From Desulfatiglandales bacterium (GTDB lineage: Bacteria > Desulfobacterota > DSM-4660 > Desulfatiglandales > HGW-15), in contig CAXXJJ010000004.1 in NCBI GenBank assembly GCA_963667015.2, positions 1,952,001-2,016,000 on the forward strand: a DNA stretch of 64,000 nucleotides, written 5' to 3'. Shown one piece after another: positions 10,032-19,885 of the stretch (positions are counted from its first letter, which is position 1; every line of letters starts with the position of its first letter). The position numbers were made by a program, and so were the translations under genes. Under the pieces are notes generated by a model. That model was not told the origin of the DNA and did not search any database. It saw nothing but the letters and a program-made list of their open reading frames with translations.

Positions 10032-10940
10032 TTATTTTAGAATATCCTCAAGGGCGGATTTTATTTCAGGGAACATAAAACAGTACCCCGCCTCCATCAA
10101 TTTGCGGGGAATCACTCTCTGACCTTTAAGCAGGGCGTCTGCAAACTCACCCATAACAAGCCTTAATGCAAAACCCGGCACAGAAGGCATAAAAGAGGGC
10201 TTATTCATCACTGAAGCAATGGTGTCTGTAAACTCCCTGTTTGTAACAGGGTTCGGGGCAGTACAATTATATGCACCGTCAGGTAGCTTGTTTTCAATCT
10301 GAAATAAAATGATATTGATAAGATCTTTGATATGAATCCATGAAAAATACTGTCTGCCGTTTCCAAGAGGGCTTCCGACCCGGTATTTAAACAGCGGGAG
10401 CATCATGGGTATGGCCCCGCCTCCCCTGCCAAGGATAACGCCGAATCGATTTATTAGAACACGCACACCTGACTTTAGTGCCTCATTTGCCGCTTCTTCC
10501 CATTTCATGGAAAGCGATGCAAGAAAATCAGAGCCCGGAAGAGCACCCTCGTGAAGTATTTCATCACCATGAAAACCATAATACCCTACTGCAGAGGTAC
10601 TTATAAGAAGCACATTTCCATTTTTTTGATCAGCCAGGCCTTCGACTATATTTCTTGTTGTTCTGATTCGGCTATGGATCAGGGTTTGCTTGTATTTTGA
10701 TGTCCAGCGTTTAAAGATCGATGCACCTGCGAGGTTAATAACGACATCACAGTCAGCGAGTTGATCCAGCCATTTACCCTTGTGGGCGGGATCGCCTTCA
10801 ACAAAAGAGAGTCTACTGGAAATCTCTTTATCTGATCTAATACTCCGGGTGAGTACTTTTACACTGTACCCCTTTTCCAGAAGATTCTTTGAAAGCTCGC
10901 TTCCTACAAAACCTGTGCCCCCGGTGATGAAAATATTCAT
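10032..10940 (-). CDS. TIGR01777 family NAD-dependent epimerase/oxidoreductase (YfcH-like)
   Basis: ITGGTGFVG, INLAGASI, SAVGYYG, SWIHIKD, APNPVTNREF. Confidence 0.92.
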   Translation of the reverse strand: MNIFITGGTGFVGSELSKNLLEKGYSVKVLTRSIRSDKEISSRLSFVEGDPAHKGKWLDQLADCDVVINLAGASIFKRWTSKYKQTLIHSRIRTTRNIVEGLADQKNGNVLLISTSAVGYYGFHGDEILHEGALPGSDFLASLSMKWEEAANEALKSGVRVLINRFGVILGRGGGAIPMMLPLFKYRVGSPLGNGRQYFSWIHIKDLINIILFQIENKLPDGAYNCTAPNPVTNREFTDTIASVMNKPSFMPSVPGFALRLVMGEFADALLKGQRVIPRKLMEAGYCFMFPEIKSALEDILK

Positions 10941-10975
10941 GCCACCTCCTACCTACTAATAAAAATAAAAGCATG

Positions 10976-11148
10976 TCTCTCACAGCACCCGCAGAGATCG
11001 CAGAGAAAAAGCAAAAACATTTAATAGCTTAATACACTAAATATAAAACGAATAAATTTATAATAATAGATAGAGGTTTTATTAAAATCAAAAAGTTTTT
11101 CTCTGTGGCCTCTGCGGGCTCTAGTGACCGAAGGGAACGGGCGAGAGA
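10976..11148. repeat. Intergenic long inverted-repeat element (REP/MITE-like)
   Basis: CCCGCAGAGATCGCAGAGAAAAA (10988-11010) vs TTTTTCTCTGTGGCCTCTGCGGG (11096-11118), 20/23 complementary; outer arms TCTCTCAC / GCGAGAGA; AT-rich 85-nt core. Confidence 0.7.
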
Positions 11149-11149
11149 T

Positions 11150-11187
11150 AAAAAATATCTTGCAGCCCTCTCCACAGACGGCTGCAA
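11150..11187 (-). terminator. Terminator of the spe operon
   Basis: TTGCAGCC-12 nt-GGCTGCAA hairpin (11160-11187) followed on the minus strand by GATATTTTTT. Confidence 0.6.
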
Positions 11188-11194
11188 TGATTTT

Positions 11195-11602
11195 TTATTT
11201 TCTTACTATAAACCTGGAACGGATTGTTTCGGCACCAAAATAATCCTTTGAAAATTTTTCTGCTGTTTCTACGTTATATTCCTTGCATGAAAAGATATTC
11301 AGATAAACTGCACCTGTACCTTCTGAGAAATGCCCTGTTATTGAACTTGTTTCAATAAACTGCAGAAGAGAATATCCCTTTGTATGTTCCTGATTTTCTC
11401 CAAAATAGGGTGTGAGAGGCTCGCCATAGGGTTTCATGTCTATTACCCTGCACAATTCCCTGGCAAAATTTTTGATTGCCTTCTCGTCAGAGATGGTCTC
11501 TCTGTTACAGCCATAGAGGTCCAGCACAAGTTCCCATCCAAAGGTTATTTCAGGAGACGGGCCGGCCTCATAAATTTCTTTCTCAATAGTATTGACTGTC
11601 AT
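11195..11602 (-). CDS. Second SpeD-family (pyruvoyl-dependent decarboxylase) proenzyme, divergent
   Basis: GWELVLDLYGC, GYSLLQFIETSSITGHF, LNIFSCKEY; ATGA-coupled to speE. Confidence 0.85.
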   Translation of the reverse strand: MTVNTIEKEIYEAGPSPEITFGWELVLDLYGCNRETISDEKAIKNFARELCRVIDMKPYGEPLTPYFGENQEHTKGYSLLQFIETSSITGHFSEGTGAVYLNIFSCKEYNVETAEKFSKDYFGAETIRSRFIVRK

Positions 11603-12453
11603 ATCAAACGCTCCTTTAAAAAACCGGGTATATGAAAAGCGCCAATATGTGTTCCCGGATTATAATATCTCGTCTTTATATTATTCATAGCTGCCTTTTC
11701 TTCAATCACACTTAAATCGTTTTTTTCCGGATTAATATCATCTGAGCAGAACATTGCGGAAAACAGCCCGCCTATATATGTTGGAACAGTAAAGACATAG
11801 GGTCTGGCATAGCCATATATTTCCGATAAAAGGTTATAAGTCTCGACCTGTTCCCCGGGCTGCATATGAAGAGACCCTGTCTGACAAACCATGATACCGT
11901 CTTTAGCCAGCAGATTATGAATATCTCCATAAAATGCCTTTGAAAAAAGAACCGTTGCCGGCCCAATCGGATCGCATGAATCTACTATAACAACATCGAA
12001 TTTTTCGGTTGTGTCTTTAACAAAAACCGCACCATCGGAAATGATAATGTTTACCCGGCTGTCTTCAAATGATCCATCGTTGATTGAAGGCAGATATTTT
12101 TTGCTTAACTCGATAACACCCGGATCGATCTCAACCATGGTTGCCATGGTAACAGATTTATATCTGAGAACTTCTCTTAATATTCCGCCATCGCCGCCGC
12201 CGATTATAAGTACCTTTTCGGGATTGGGATGGGACAGCATTGGTACATGGACCAGCATTTCATGATATATAAATTCGTCCTTTTCGGTCGTCTGAACGAT
12301 GCCGTCAAGCAGAAGCATACGTCCATATCTGTCCGAATCTACAATCCGGGTATGCTGGAACTCGGAATTATCTTCGTAAAGTACTGATTGTATCCTGTAT
12401 CGTGTTTCAACATCCTGCCATTTTTCAGTGACCCACTGCTGTTTATCAGTCAA
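11599..12453 (-). CDS. speE: Polyamine aminopropyltransferase (spermidine synthase)
   Basis: LDGIVQTTEKDEFIYHEML, IIGGGDGG, VEID, IVDSCDPIGPA, VPTYIGG. Confidence 0.95.
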   Translation of the reverse strand: MTDKQQWVTEKWQDVETRYRIQSVLYEDNSEFQHTRIVDSDRYGRMLLLDGIVQTTEKDEFIYHEMLVHVPMLSHPNPEKVLIIGGGDGGILREVLRYKSVTMATMVEIDPGVIELSKKYLPSINDGSFEDSRVNIIISDGAVFVKDTTEKFDVVIVDSCDPIGPATVLFSKAFYGDIHNLLAKDGIMVCQTGSLHMQPGEQVETYNLLSEIYGYARPYVFTVPTYIGGLFSAMFCSDDINPEKNDLSVIEEKAAMNNIKTRYYNPGTHIGAFHIPGFLKERLI

Positions 12454-12860
12454 GTTAAAACCCCCCTTCTGATCTCCTGTACATCAATCTTAAAAGGCTT
12501 GAATTCTTCCTCTATTACAGGGATTGCCAGGTGGGGATTTATAGTGCCGCAAACAAAAAGATCCAGGGCCGCATAATCATATTCCGGCCATGTATGGATA
12601 CTTAAATGGGATTCCTGAAGGATTGCTACACCGGAAATACCACCATTTGGAGTAAAGACATGGAGGTCAATACCAAGCATGGTTGCACCGCAGGTATTGA
12701 TTGCCTTTATGATGATTTCCCGGATGCGGTTGGAGTCGTCCAAGAAATTCTTGGTCCAGAGTTCAATAAGCAGATGAACTCCAGTGTATTTTACGTCACC
12801 GTCCTGTCCACAATATTCTCTTGCATCTATGTATTCTGTATTTAATTTCATGTTCTTCAT
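12450..12860 (-). CDS. speD: S-adenosylmethionine decarboxylase proenzyme
   Basis: GVHLLIELW, GISGVAILQESHLSIHTWPE, DLFVCG; start codon uncertain (see findings). Confidence 0.93.
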   Translation of the reverse strand: MKNMKLNTEYIDAREYCGQDGDVKYTGVHLLIELWTKNFLDDSNRIREIIIKAINTCGATMLGIDLHVFTPNGGISGVAILQESHLSIHTWPEYDYAALDLFVCGTINPHLAIPVIEEEFKPFKIDVQEIRRGVLT

Positions 12861-13138
12861 CTATACTCATAAAAACTCCTTTTTCTTTTATTTTTTGCCC
12901 CAAAAAAGATTAATCATCTTTCAGGACCTATAAAACAAAAGAAACCAGATAAACTAAACCAGCCTAAAAATCAATAAAAAAAACAACCCTCTCTGCCTCA
13001 CATCTTCTTCAAATACCAACTTACCCTGTATATTCCATCAGTTACGCTACAGCATCGTCTCTTCCCCCAGAGTAACAATATTTCAAAATTAGATGAAACA
13101 TGCCTGATTCCAGGTAGGGACTATTGAATAAATTTAAC

Positions 13139-13150
13139 ATTAGTACTAAT
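13139..13150. promoter_or_regulatory. Perfect 12-bp palindrome between the divergent speD and CoA-disulfide reductase genes
   Basis: ATTAGTACTAAT; AT-rich context, so it may be chance. Confidence 0.3.
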
Positions 13151-13244
13151 ATAGTGATTCATTTTAAATCGGAATATTCATAGATTCAATTTGTGCATTT
13201 CCAGCTTTTTACCATATTTACACATAGTCGCGGAGGAATAATAA

Positions 13245-14897
13245 ATGGCTATAAGACTGCTGATAATTGGAGGCGTTGCGGGTGGAGCTACAGCCGCAGC
13301 AAGGGCAAGAAGACTGGATGAAACTGCCGAGATCATTCTTTTTGAAAGAGGAGAGTATATCTCATTTGCCAACTGCGGTTTACCCTACTACATCGGAAAG
13401 GTGATAAAGGAAAGAGAGACCCTTCTAGTAACGACGGCAGAAGCATTCAAGGCAAGATATAACATTGATATCAGGCTTTTCAGTGAAGTTACTGAAATCA
13501 ACAGGGCCAAAAAACAGGTAACAGTAAAGGATATAAAAACTGGTGAAACCCACATTGAAAAGTATGACAAAATAATCCTTTCACCTGGAGCAGAACCGCT
13601 ACGACCGCCGCTTGCAGGGATTGATCTTGAAAATATATACAGCCTGAGAAGTATCCCTGATTCCGATCTTATCAAGGCACAGGTTGATGATAAGACACCC
13701 GAGTCGGCAGCAATCGTAGGAGGCGGTTTTATCGGACTTGAAATGGCTGAAAACCTTGCTCATAGAGGAGTAAAGGTAACTATCATAGAGATGCTTGACC
13801 AGGTAATGGCCCCTGTTGATTATGAGATGGCATCCATTGTTCACGCTCACCTAAAGGAAAAGGGGGTAACCCTTATACTTGGAGACGGAGTAAAATCCTT
13901 TTCTAAATCGGGCAACCGGATAAAGGTAACAACCGGTAAGGGTACAGAAACAGAATGTGAAATGGTTATACTATCGATTGGTGTCAGGTCTGAGAGCATA
14001 ATTGCAAAGCAGGCCGGCCTTGCCATCGGGAAACGCGGCGGAATAATTGTTGATTCCGGTATGAGGACATCCGATCCTGATATATTTGCTGTGGGAGATG
14101 CAGTAGAAACCAGGGATTATGTACTGGGATTCCCTGCAATGACTGCCCTGGCAGGCCCGGCAAATAAAGAGGCAAGAATAGCAGCTGATAATGCTATGGG
14201 TAGAAATGTTGTATTCAAAGGAACCCTGGGAAGTGCAGTGGCAAAGGTATTTGACCTTACCGTAGCGTCAACAGGCAGTAATGAAAAAAGCCTTAAGCAG
14301 AATAACATCCCTTACCTTGTCAGTTATACACACTCGGGTTCCCATGCCAGCTATTACCCGGATCCTGAGATGATGAGCATTAAGCTTGTTTTTTCACCCA
14401 GCAGAGGAAAGATTCTTGGAGCGCAGATAGTAGGGGGAAAAGGAGTAGATAAACGTATTGATGTTATTGCCACAGCAATACGCGGATCCATGACAGTATA
14501 TGACCTTGAGGAGCTTGAACTCGCATATGCCCCTCCCTTTTCATCGGCAAAAGATCCTGTCAATATCGCCGGCTTTGTTGCTGCAAATATTCTTAAAGGC
14601 GATGTACAGACTGTCAGCTGGGAAGACATTAAGGATATTGATCCTGAAAATGATATTTTAATCGACCTTAGAGACAAAGAAGAAATTGAGGAATCGGGAA
14701 CAATATCAGGTTCTCTGCATATCCCTGTTAATGAACTCAGGAGAAGGCTCAATGAGCTGGACAAATCAAAAAATTATATTCCCTACTGCGCCATAGGCCT
14801 GAGGGGCTATCTTGGTCACAGAATACTTGTCCAGAACGGATTCAGGGCAAAAAACCTTAGCGGAGGTTATAAGACCTGGAAGGCAACAATAAATTAG
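13245..14897 (+). CDS. CoA-disulfide reductase-rhodanese fusion (CoADR-RHD / Npsr-like)
   Basis: IIGGVAGGA, SFANCGLPY redox Cys, GGGFIGLE, AVGD, LAYAPPFS, C-terminal rhodanese YCAIGLRG. Confidence 0.92.
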   Translation: MAIRLLIIGGVAGGATAAARARRLDETAEIILFERGEYISFANCGLPYYIGKVIKERETLLVTTAEAFKARYNIDIRLFSEVTEINRAKKQVTVKDIKTGETHIEKYDKIILSPGAEPLRPPLAGIDLENIYSLRSIPDSDLIKAQVDDKTPESAAIVGGGFIGLEMAENLAHRGVKVTIIEMLDQVMAPVDYEMASIVHAHLKEKGVTLILGDGVKSFSKSGNRIKVTTGKGTETECEMVILSIGVRSESIIAKQAGLAIGKRGGIIVDSGMRTSDPDIFAVGDAVETRDYVLGFPAMTALAGPANKEARIAADNAMGRNVVFKGTLGSAVAKVFDLTVASTGSNEKSLKQNNIPYLVSYTHSGSHASYYPDPEMMSIKLVFSPSRGKILGAQIVGGKGVDKRIDVIATAIRGSMTVYDLEELELAYAPPFSSAKDPVNIAGFVAANILKGDVQTVSWEDIKDIDPENDILIDLRDKEEIEESGTISGSLHIPVNELRRRLNELDKSKNYIPYCAIGLRGYLGHRILVQNGFRAKNLSGGYKTWKATIN

Positions 14898-14968
14898 AAA
14901 CCCATATGGATCTATCCCGGAAAAACCTTGATAGATCCAATTCACATCTTCATTAGGAGATATTTTTA

Positions 14969-16597
14969 ATGACAGGAAAATTACACGAACTGGCAGGGAC
15001 AATCGCTCCTGAATCCATTCTGATAGACCCTGAAAAACTTGAATCAGCATATTATACAGATGAAATAAAGGGTCCGGTATCATTCGGCACCTCCGGGCAC
15101 AGGGGCTCATCCCTTTCCGGTACCTTTAATGACGCCCATATAGCAGCAACATCCCAGGCCATATGTGAATACCGACGTTCGAAGGGTATCACAGGCCCCC
15201 TGTTTCTGGGGTTTGATTCCCATGCCCTTTCAAAACCTGCCTTTAAAACCGCGATTGAGGTCTTTACTGCAAATAATGTAGAGACTGTCATCCATGCGAA
15301 TGATCAATTCACCCCTACCCCGGTAATATCTTTCCTTATACTGGAGCATAATAAAGACGGCCATGACAAAACTGCAGACGGTGTTGTTGTCACGCCTTCA
15401 CATAATCCGCCAAAAGATGGAGGGTTCAAATATAATCCCCCGAGCGGAGGTCCGGCTGATGTGGATGCAACCGGCTGGATCCAGGACAGGGCAAATGAGA
15501 TTATAGATAATGGCGGAAAAGACATAAAAAGAATCATCTACGAAAAGGCCTGCCAATCAGCCAATGTGCATGAACAGGATTTTATTGCACCTTTTGTGAA
15601 ATCACTTTCACAGATCGTGGACATGGACCTGATAAAAAATGCAGGATTAAAAATAGGCGCCGACCCTATGGGGGGCTCGGGCGTTGGATTCTGGGAGCCC
15701 ATTGCCGACCTCTATGGTCTTGATATCGATGTGGTAAATAAAACGACAGACCCCACATTCCGCTTTATGACACTGGATTCCGACGGGCAGATACGGATGG
15801 ACTGCTCTTCCCCCTATGCAATGGCAGGCCTTATTGCCATGTCTGATAAATATGATATCGCATGGGGCAATGACACTGACTTTGACAGGCATGGCATTGT
15901 ATGCCCCGATGGATTAATGAATCCCAACCATTACCTCTCGGTTGCCATATGGTATCTCCTTCAAAACAGGCCGGGCTGGAATAAAGATATTGCCATAGGA
16001 AAAACACTCGTAAGCAGCAGCATTATTGACATGATTGTCAATGCGGGAGGAAAGAAACTGTATGAAGTGCCCGTTGGCTTTAAATGGTTTGTTAAGGGAC
16101 TGCTGGATGGCAGTGTAGCCTTTGGAGGTGAAGAAAGTGCCGGGGCATCCTTTTTAAGGATGGATGGATCAGCATGGACAACCGATAAAGACGGATTCTG
16201 CATGACACTTTTAGCAGCAGAGATCCTTGCTAAAACCGGTAAATGCCCGTCTGAAATATACAGGGGTATACTTGTTCCCGAACATGGAGAACCCTTCTAC
16301 AGAAGAGAAGACGGCCTAATCAATGATGAACAGAAGGCAATACTTAAGGCATTCAGGCCTGAAAAAGTAAGAACAGAAACACTTGCGGGGAAAAAGATTA
16401 CCAAAATTATGACCAGTGCTCCCGGCAATAATGCATCCATAGGGGGTGTTAAGGTTACACTGGAGGGAGGCTCATGGTTTGCAATCAGGCCCTCTGGAAC
16501 AGAACCGAAGATGAAGGTATATATAGAAAGCTTTGAGGGTGAGGACCTCTGGCAAAGCATATATGATGAAGCGCTGCCTCTGATTTTTGGGGAGTAA
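14969..16597 (+). CDS. pgm: Phosphoglucomutase
   Basis: FGTSGHRG, TPSHNPP, NDTDFDRHG, GGEESAG, RPSGTEP. Confidence 0.95.
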   Translation: MTGKLHELAGTIAPESILIDPEKLESAYYTDEIKGPVSFGTSGHRGSSLSGTFNDAHIAATSQAICEYRRSKGITGPLFLGFDSHALSKPAFKTAIEVFTANNVETVIHANDQFTPTPVISFLILEHNKDGHDKTADGVVVTPSHNPPKDGGFKYNPPSGGPADVDATGWIQDRANEIIDNGGKDIKRIIYEKACQSANVHEQDFIAPFVKSLSQIVDMDLIKNAGLKIGADPMGGSGVGFWEPIADLYGLDIDVVNKTTDPTFRFMTLDSDGQIRMDCSSPYAMAGLIAMSDKYDIAWGNDTDFDRHGIVCPDGLMNPNHYLSVAIWYLLQNRPGWNKDIAIGKTLVSSSIIDMIVNAGGKKLYEVPVGFKWFVKGLLDGSVAFGGEESAGASFLRMDGSAWTTDKDGFCMTLLAAEILAKTGKCPSEIYRGILVPEHGEPFYRREDGLINDEQKAILKAFRPEKVRTETLAGKKITKIMTSAPGNNASIGGVKVTLEGGSWFAIRPSGTEPKMKVYIESFEGEDLWQSIYDEALPLIFGE

Positions 16598-18246
16598 TGA
16601 TGAGGAGATACGCCAATAAAATAATAACCTGTGCGTTAATTATTGGCCCTGTGTTTATGCTTTCTTCCTCCTGTTTTGGGGATTCCTTCGAAACATCACT
16701 TGATAAAAAAAAAGATACCAGTATCCATAAATTGAATACCAGTGAAGAGGAAATTTCCGAACAAAAAATCAGGCAGGAAAATATCAGACTGGCAACTGAT
16801 CTGAAAAGACTGAAAACATTATCCTCAGAACTGGCATCCATGAAGTCCGAAATGTATAAAATGAGAGAAAGTTCCAATTTTTGGACAATTGAGTACTTCC
16901 CTCCTGAAGAACACGATAAAATTGAAAATATTCTCTTTCGTTATCTCATGATCAGAAACACACTCTGGGAGATAGTTAATTACTACAAGGATTACAGGGT
17001 CAACTTCAGCACCCCGGAAACCCAGACAAAGGGATTTTTAATAGGCTACAGCGCAGGTCTCCTCCTGACATCTAATACTTCACTGCTGGTAGCAACTTTT
17101 ATTGATGAGCCTGCAGGAAAAAGCAAACTGAATGAGGCCTATCCAAGATCTGAAATAAAATCCGGGACATTTGACATGCTGCTTTCAAGTGTTACATCCC
17201 TTGATCATATTGAAGCAATAAAGATAGGCAGGGTACTGTTCAACAGAGAAAAAAATGACGATACCTCTGTCCTTTATAACATCTATAGTACCAATCCGGA
17301 ATACCGGTCTGTTATCGATCAGATCGATGAGTTATACGCACTGACAGAAGAAAAGATAACATATATCCTTAAAAAGGAGTCGCTTCTGTTTCCTAAAACA
17401 GTTAACCGGTTACGGCATTCGGCTATCCTGAAGATAGCCGAAAAAATGAGTGATTCGCTTGGAGACAACCTCTATGCAATCAGAGGGCTTTTGTTCTCAA
17501 ATGTCAGTGACATAAAAATGCCCCTGACAAAACCCCTTAAATTTTCAGAAGAGCAGAAGACAAACATACACGCCATTCTGCGACCGGGAGATATTATCCT
17601 CACCTACACGGCAGGGTATATGAGCAACATCTTCCTGCCCGGTTCATTCAAGCATGGAATCACCTATGTCGGCCCCAGCTCCCTGCGAAAAGAAACAGGC
17701 CTGATTGAGTATCCCACAACACTTATTTCAGGTATTAATGCCGAAAAGCTTGAAAAGGATTTCTCAACCGATACAACTGAATCAGGACTTCCGGCGGATG
17801 TAATAGAAGCAGTCGCGGAAGGGGTTATATTCAATTCCCTTGATCTCCTCCTGGATACCCATATCAACAGGATGGTTGTACTGAGACCAAAGTTATCCCT
17901 GCAGGAACAGAAGGAGGCACTCACTATCGTATTCGCGCTTCTGGGAAATGAATATGATTTCAAATTTGATTTTAATGACGGTTCATACCAGTGCTGCACG
18001 GAGGTAATATACAGGGCGCTCAACTCCAGGGGATTGTACAATTTTGATCTCATAAAAAGGATGGGAACCCTTACCCTGAGTGCTGATGATATCCTTGAAT
18101 ACTATGTAAACCAGGAATACAAGCCCTTTGATATTGTCCTGTATGCAGGGAAGGATCGCTATCCAAGAGGGAAAAGGGCAAAGATATACAAAGGGGACGA
18201 GGGGTTGAAACAATTAAAAAAGCTTATGAAAATATCTCAGAATTGA
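16597..18246 (+). CDS. Exported protein with a C-terminal permuted papain-like NlpC/P60 (YiiX/YebB-like) domain
   Basis: Signal-like N-terminus; LRPGDIILT...FKHGITYVG, IEAVAEGV, GNEYDFKFDF...QCCTEVIY (His before Cys). Confidence 0.8.
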   Translation: MMRRYANKIITCALIIGPVFMLSSSCFGDSFETSLDKKKDTSIHKLNTSEEEISEQKIRQENIRLATDLKRLKTLSSELASMKSEMYKMRESSNFWTIEYFPPEEHDKIENILFRYLMIRNTLWEIVNYYKDYRVNFSTPETQTKGFLIGYSAGLLLTSNTSLLVATFIDEPAGKSKLNEAYPRSEIKSGTFDMLLSSVTSLDHIEAIKIGRVLFNREKNDDTSVLYNIYSTNPEYRSVIDQIDELYALTEEKITYILKKESLLFPKTVNRLRHSAILKIAEKMSDSLGDNLYAIRGLLFSNVSDIKMPLTKPLKFSEEQKTNIHAILRPGDIILTYTAGYMSNIFLPGSFKHGITYVGPSSLRKETGLIEYPTTLISGINAEKLEKDFSTDTTESGLPADVIEAVAEGVIFNSLDLLLDTHINRMVVLRPKLSLQEQKEALTIVFALLGNEYDFKFDFNDGSYQCCTEVIYRALNSRGLYNFDLIKRMGTLTLSADDILEYYVNQEYKPFDIVLYAGKDRYPRGKRAKIYKGDEGLKQLKKLMKISQN

Positions 18247-18381
18247 TATTTTTATCAATTTGCAGTCATATCCGCAATTAATACTTATATTCACTGCTAT
18301 CAGAAATATCGAATATCAGACAGCACTGGACAGAGTATATTATTATTGACATTTTTTGCATAAAACATATACACATTATGC

Positions 18382-19866
18382 ATGGCAACTAAAACAAAAC
18401 TATCTCTGGAAGACAGGGAGTTTTTTCAGCTTGTTTCCCGTGCAGCGCTTTCCAATCCATTCAGCGATGAAAGAATGGAGCTGGACTTCAGGATTGGAGA
18501 ATGCTCTCCTGACACACCCATAAATGCGCTTCTTGATTGCGTATATCACAAGATAAAGGAGCGCGTCGACCGGCTCGACAGGGAAGGGAAAGCAGATACA
18601 GGTCTGTACAGCGGCGATGACAAAATCATGATGCAAAGCGCCCTTATGTTTGAGATATTCTTCCTTTTTTCAAACAATTTTGATGACCTCATTGACAGGC
18701 AGATAAAGGCGGGTGAATCGGTCTGTTCAGTTTCATTCGGCAAAGATGCCATGGCAATGTTCATCAGACGGGGTTTCAACCCGGAAGAGGCGCGCAGATA
18801 CTTTGCAATACTTTACCAGTTAAAGAGATCATATTACTTCATAGATCAGGCGTTAATAGGTCAGAGTCCATGCATGAGGGATTTGAGACGGCATTTATGG
18901 AATAATGTATTCACTTATGACATCCAACTCTATGAACGCTATCTCATGGACAGGATGGAAGATTTTTCCACGCTTCTTCTCGGAGATACGGGTACAGGCA
19001 AGGGCACTGCCGCAGCAGCAATCGGAAGATCCGGCTTTATCCCCTACAACCCGGATAAACACATCTTCAGTGACAGCTTCATGAGCAACTTCATCTCTAT
19101 TAATCTTTCGCTCTATCCTGAATCACTTATTGAATCGGAACTTTTCGGTCATAAAAAAGGCGCATTTACAGGGGCCATAAATCAGCATGAGGGCATATTC
19201 TCAAGGTGCAGCCAATATGGCTCAATACTCCTGGACGAGATCGGCGATGTCTCTCTGACTGTTCAGTTAAAACTGCTGCAGCTTCTTCAGGAGAGGACGT
19301 TCAGCCCGGTAGGCAGCCATGAAATATTCAGGTTTAATGGAAGAGTAATTGCGGCAACAAACAAATCCCTGGAGGATCTTAGAGGAAACGGTCTTTTCAG
19401 GAGCGACTTTTACTACAGGCTCTGCTCGGACTGTATTGTGGTTCCATCATTATTTGAACGGATTCAGCAGAACCCGGGTGAATTAAAGCTTATACTTAAT
19501 AATATAATTACAAGGTTGACGGGCGAGGAATCACAGGAACTTGTTGCACTGGTACTGGAATCCATTGAGAAAAAACCCGGCAGGGAGTACCCATGGCCGG
19601 GAAATGTGCGGGAACTGGAACAGGCAACGCGCAGGATACTGCTTTCTCAGGAATATACCGGTGAAAACCTCTTACCCGACAGGGGGATAAAAGAGAGGCT
19701 GATAGCAGGAATAGAGACACAAAGCCTTGATTCGCAGGAGCTGATAAGCGGGTATTGCGCGCTTTTATATGAGAGATTCGGAACCTACGAGGAAGTATCG
19801 CGAAGAATGGGCCTTGACCGAAGGACAGTAAAAAAGCACATCGATTCATTCAGGAGAACTGATTAA
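18382..19866 (+). CDS. Sigma-54-dependent transcriptional activator with a non-REC N-terminal domain
   Basis: Walker A GDTGTGKG, ESELFGHKKGAFTGA, LLDEIGD, FRSDFYYRL, WPGNVRELE, C-terminal HTH. Confidence 0.92.
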   Translation: MATKTKLSLEDREFFQLVSRAALSNPFSDERMELDFRIGECSPDTPINALLDCVYHKIKERVDRLDREGKADTGLYSGDDKIMMQSALMFEIFFLFSNNFDDLIDRQIKAGESVCSVSFGKDAMAMFIRRGFNPEEARRYFAILYQLKRSYYFIDQALIGQSPCMRDLRRHLWNNVFTYDIQLYERYLMDRMEDFSTLLLGDTGTGKGTAAAAIGRSGFIPYNPDKHIFSDSFMSNFISINLSLYPESLIESELFGHKKGAFTGAINQHEGIFSRCSQYGSILLDEIGDVSLTVQLKLLQLLQERTFSPVGSHEIFRFNGRVIAATNKSLEDLRGNGLFRSDFYYRLCSDCIVVPSLFERIQQNPGELKLILNNIITRLTGEESQELVALVLESIEKKPGREYPWPGNVRELEQATRRILLSQEYTGENLLPDRGIKERLIAGIETQSLDSQELISGYCALLYERFGTYEEVSRRMGLDRRTVKKHIDSFRRTD

Positions 19867-19885
19867 TGAAAGGATTACTTCATTC

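Noticed and set aside
12895..12960. SAM-I-riboswitch-like ends (TTATCT...CTGAAAGATGA) in the speD leader
   Set aside because: The P2/P3 core (GAGGGA, GCAACC, GGTGC) is absent; only a simple hairpin is supported
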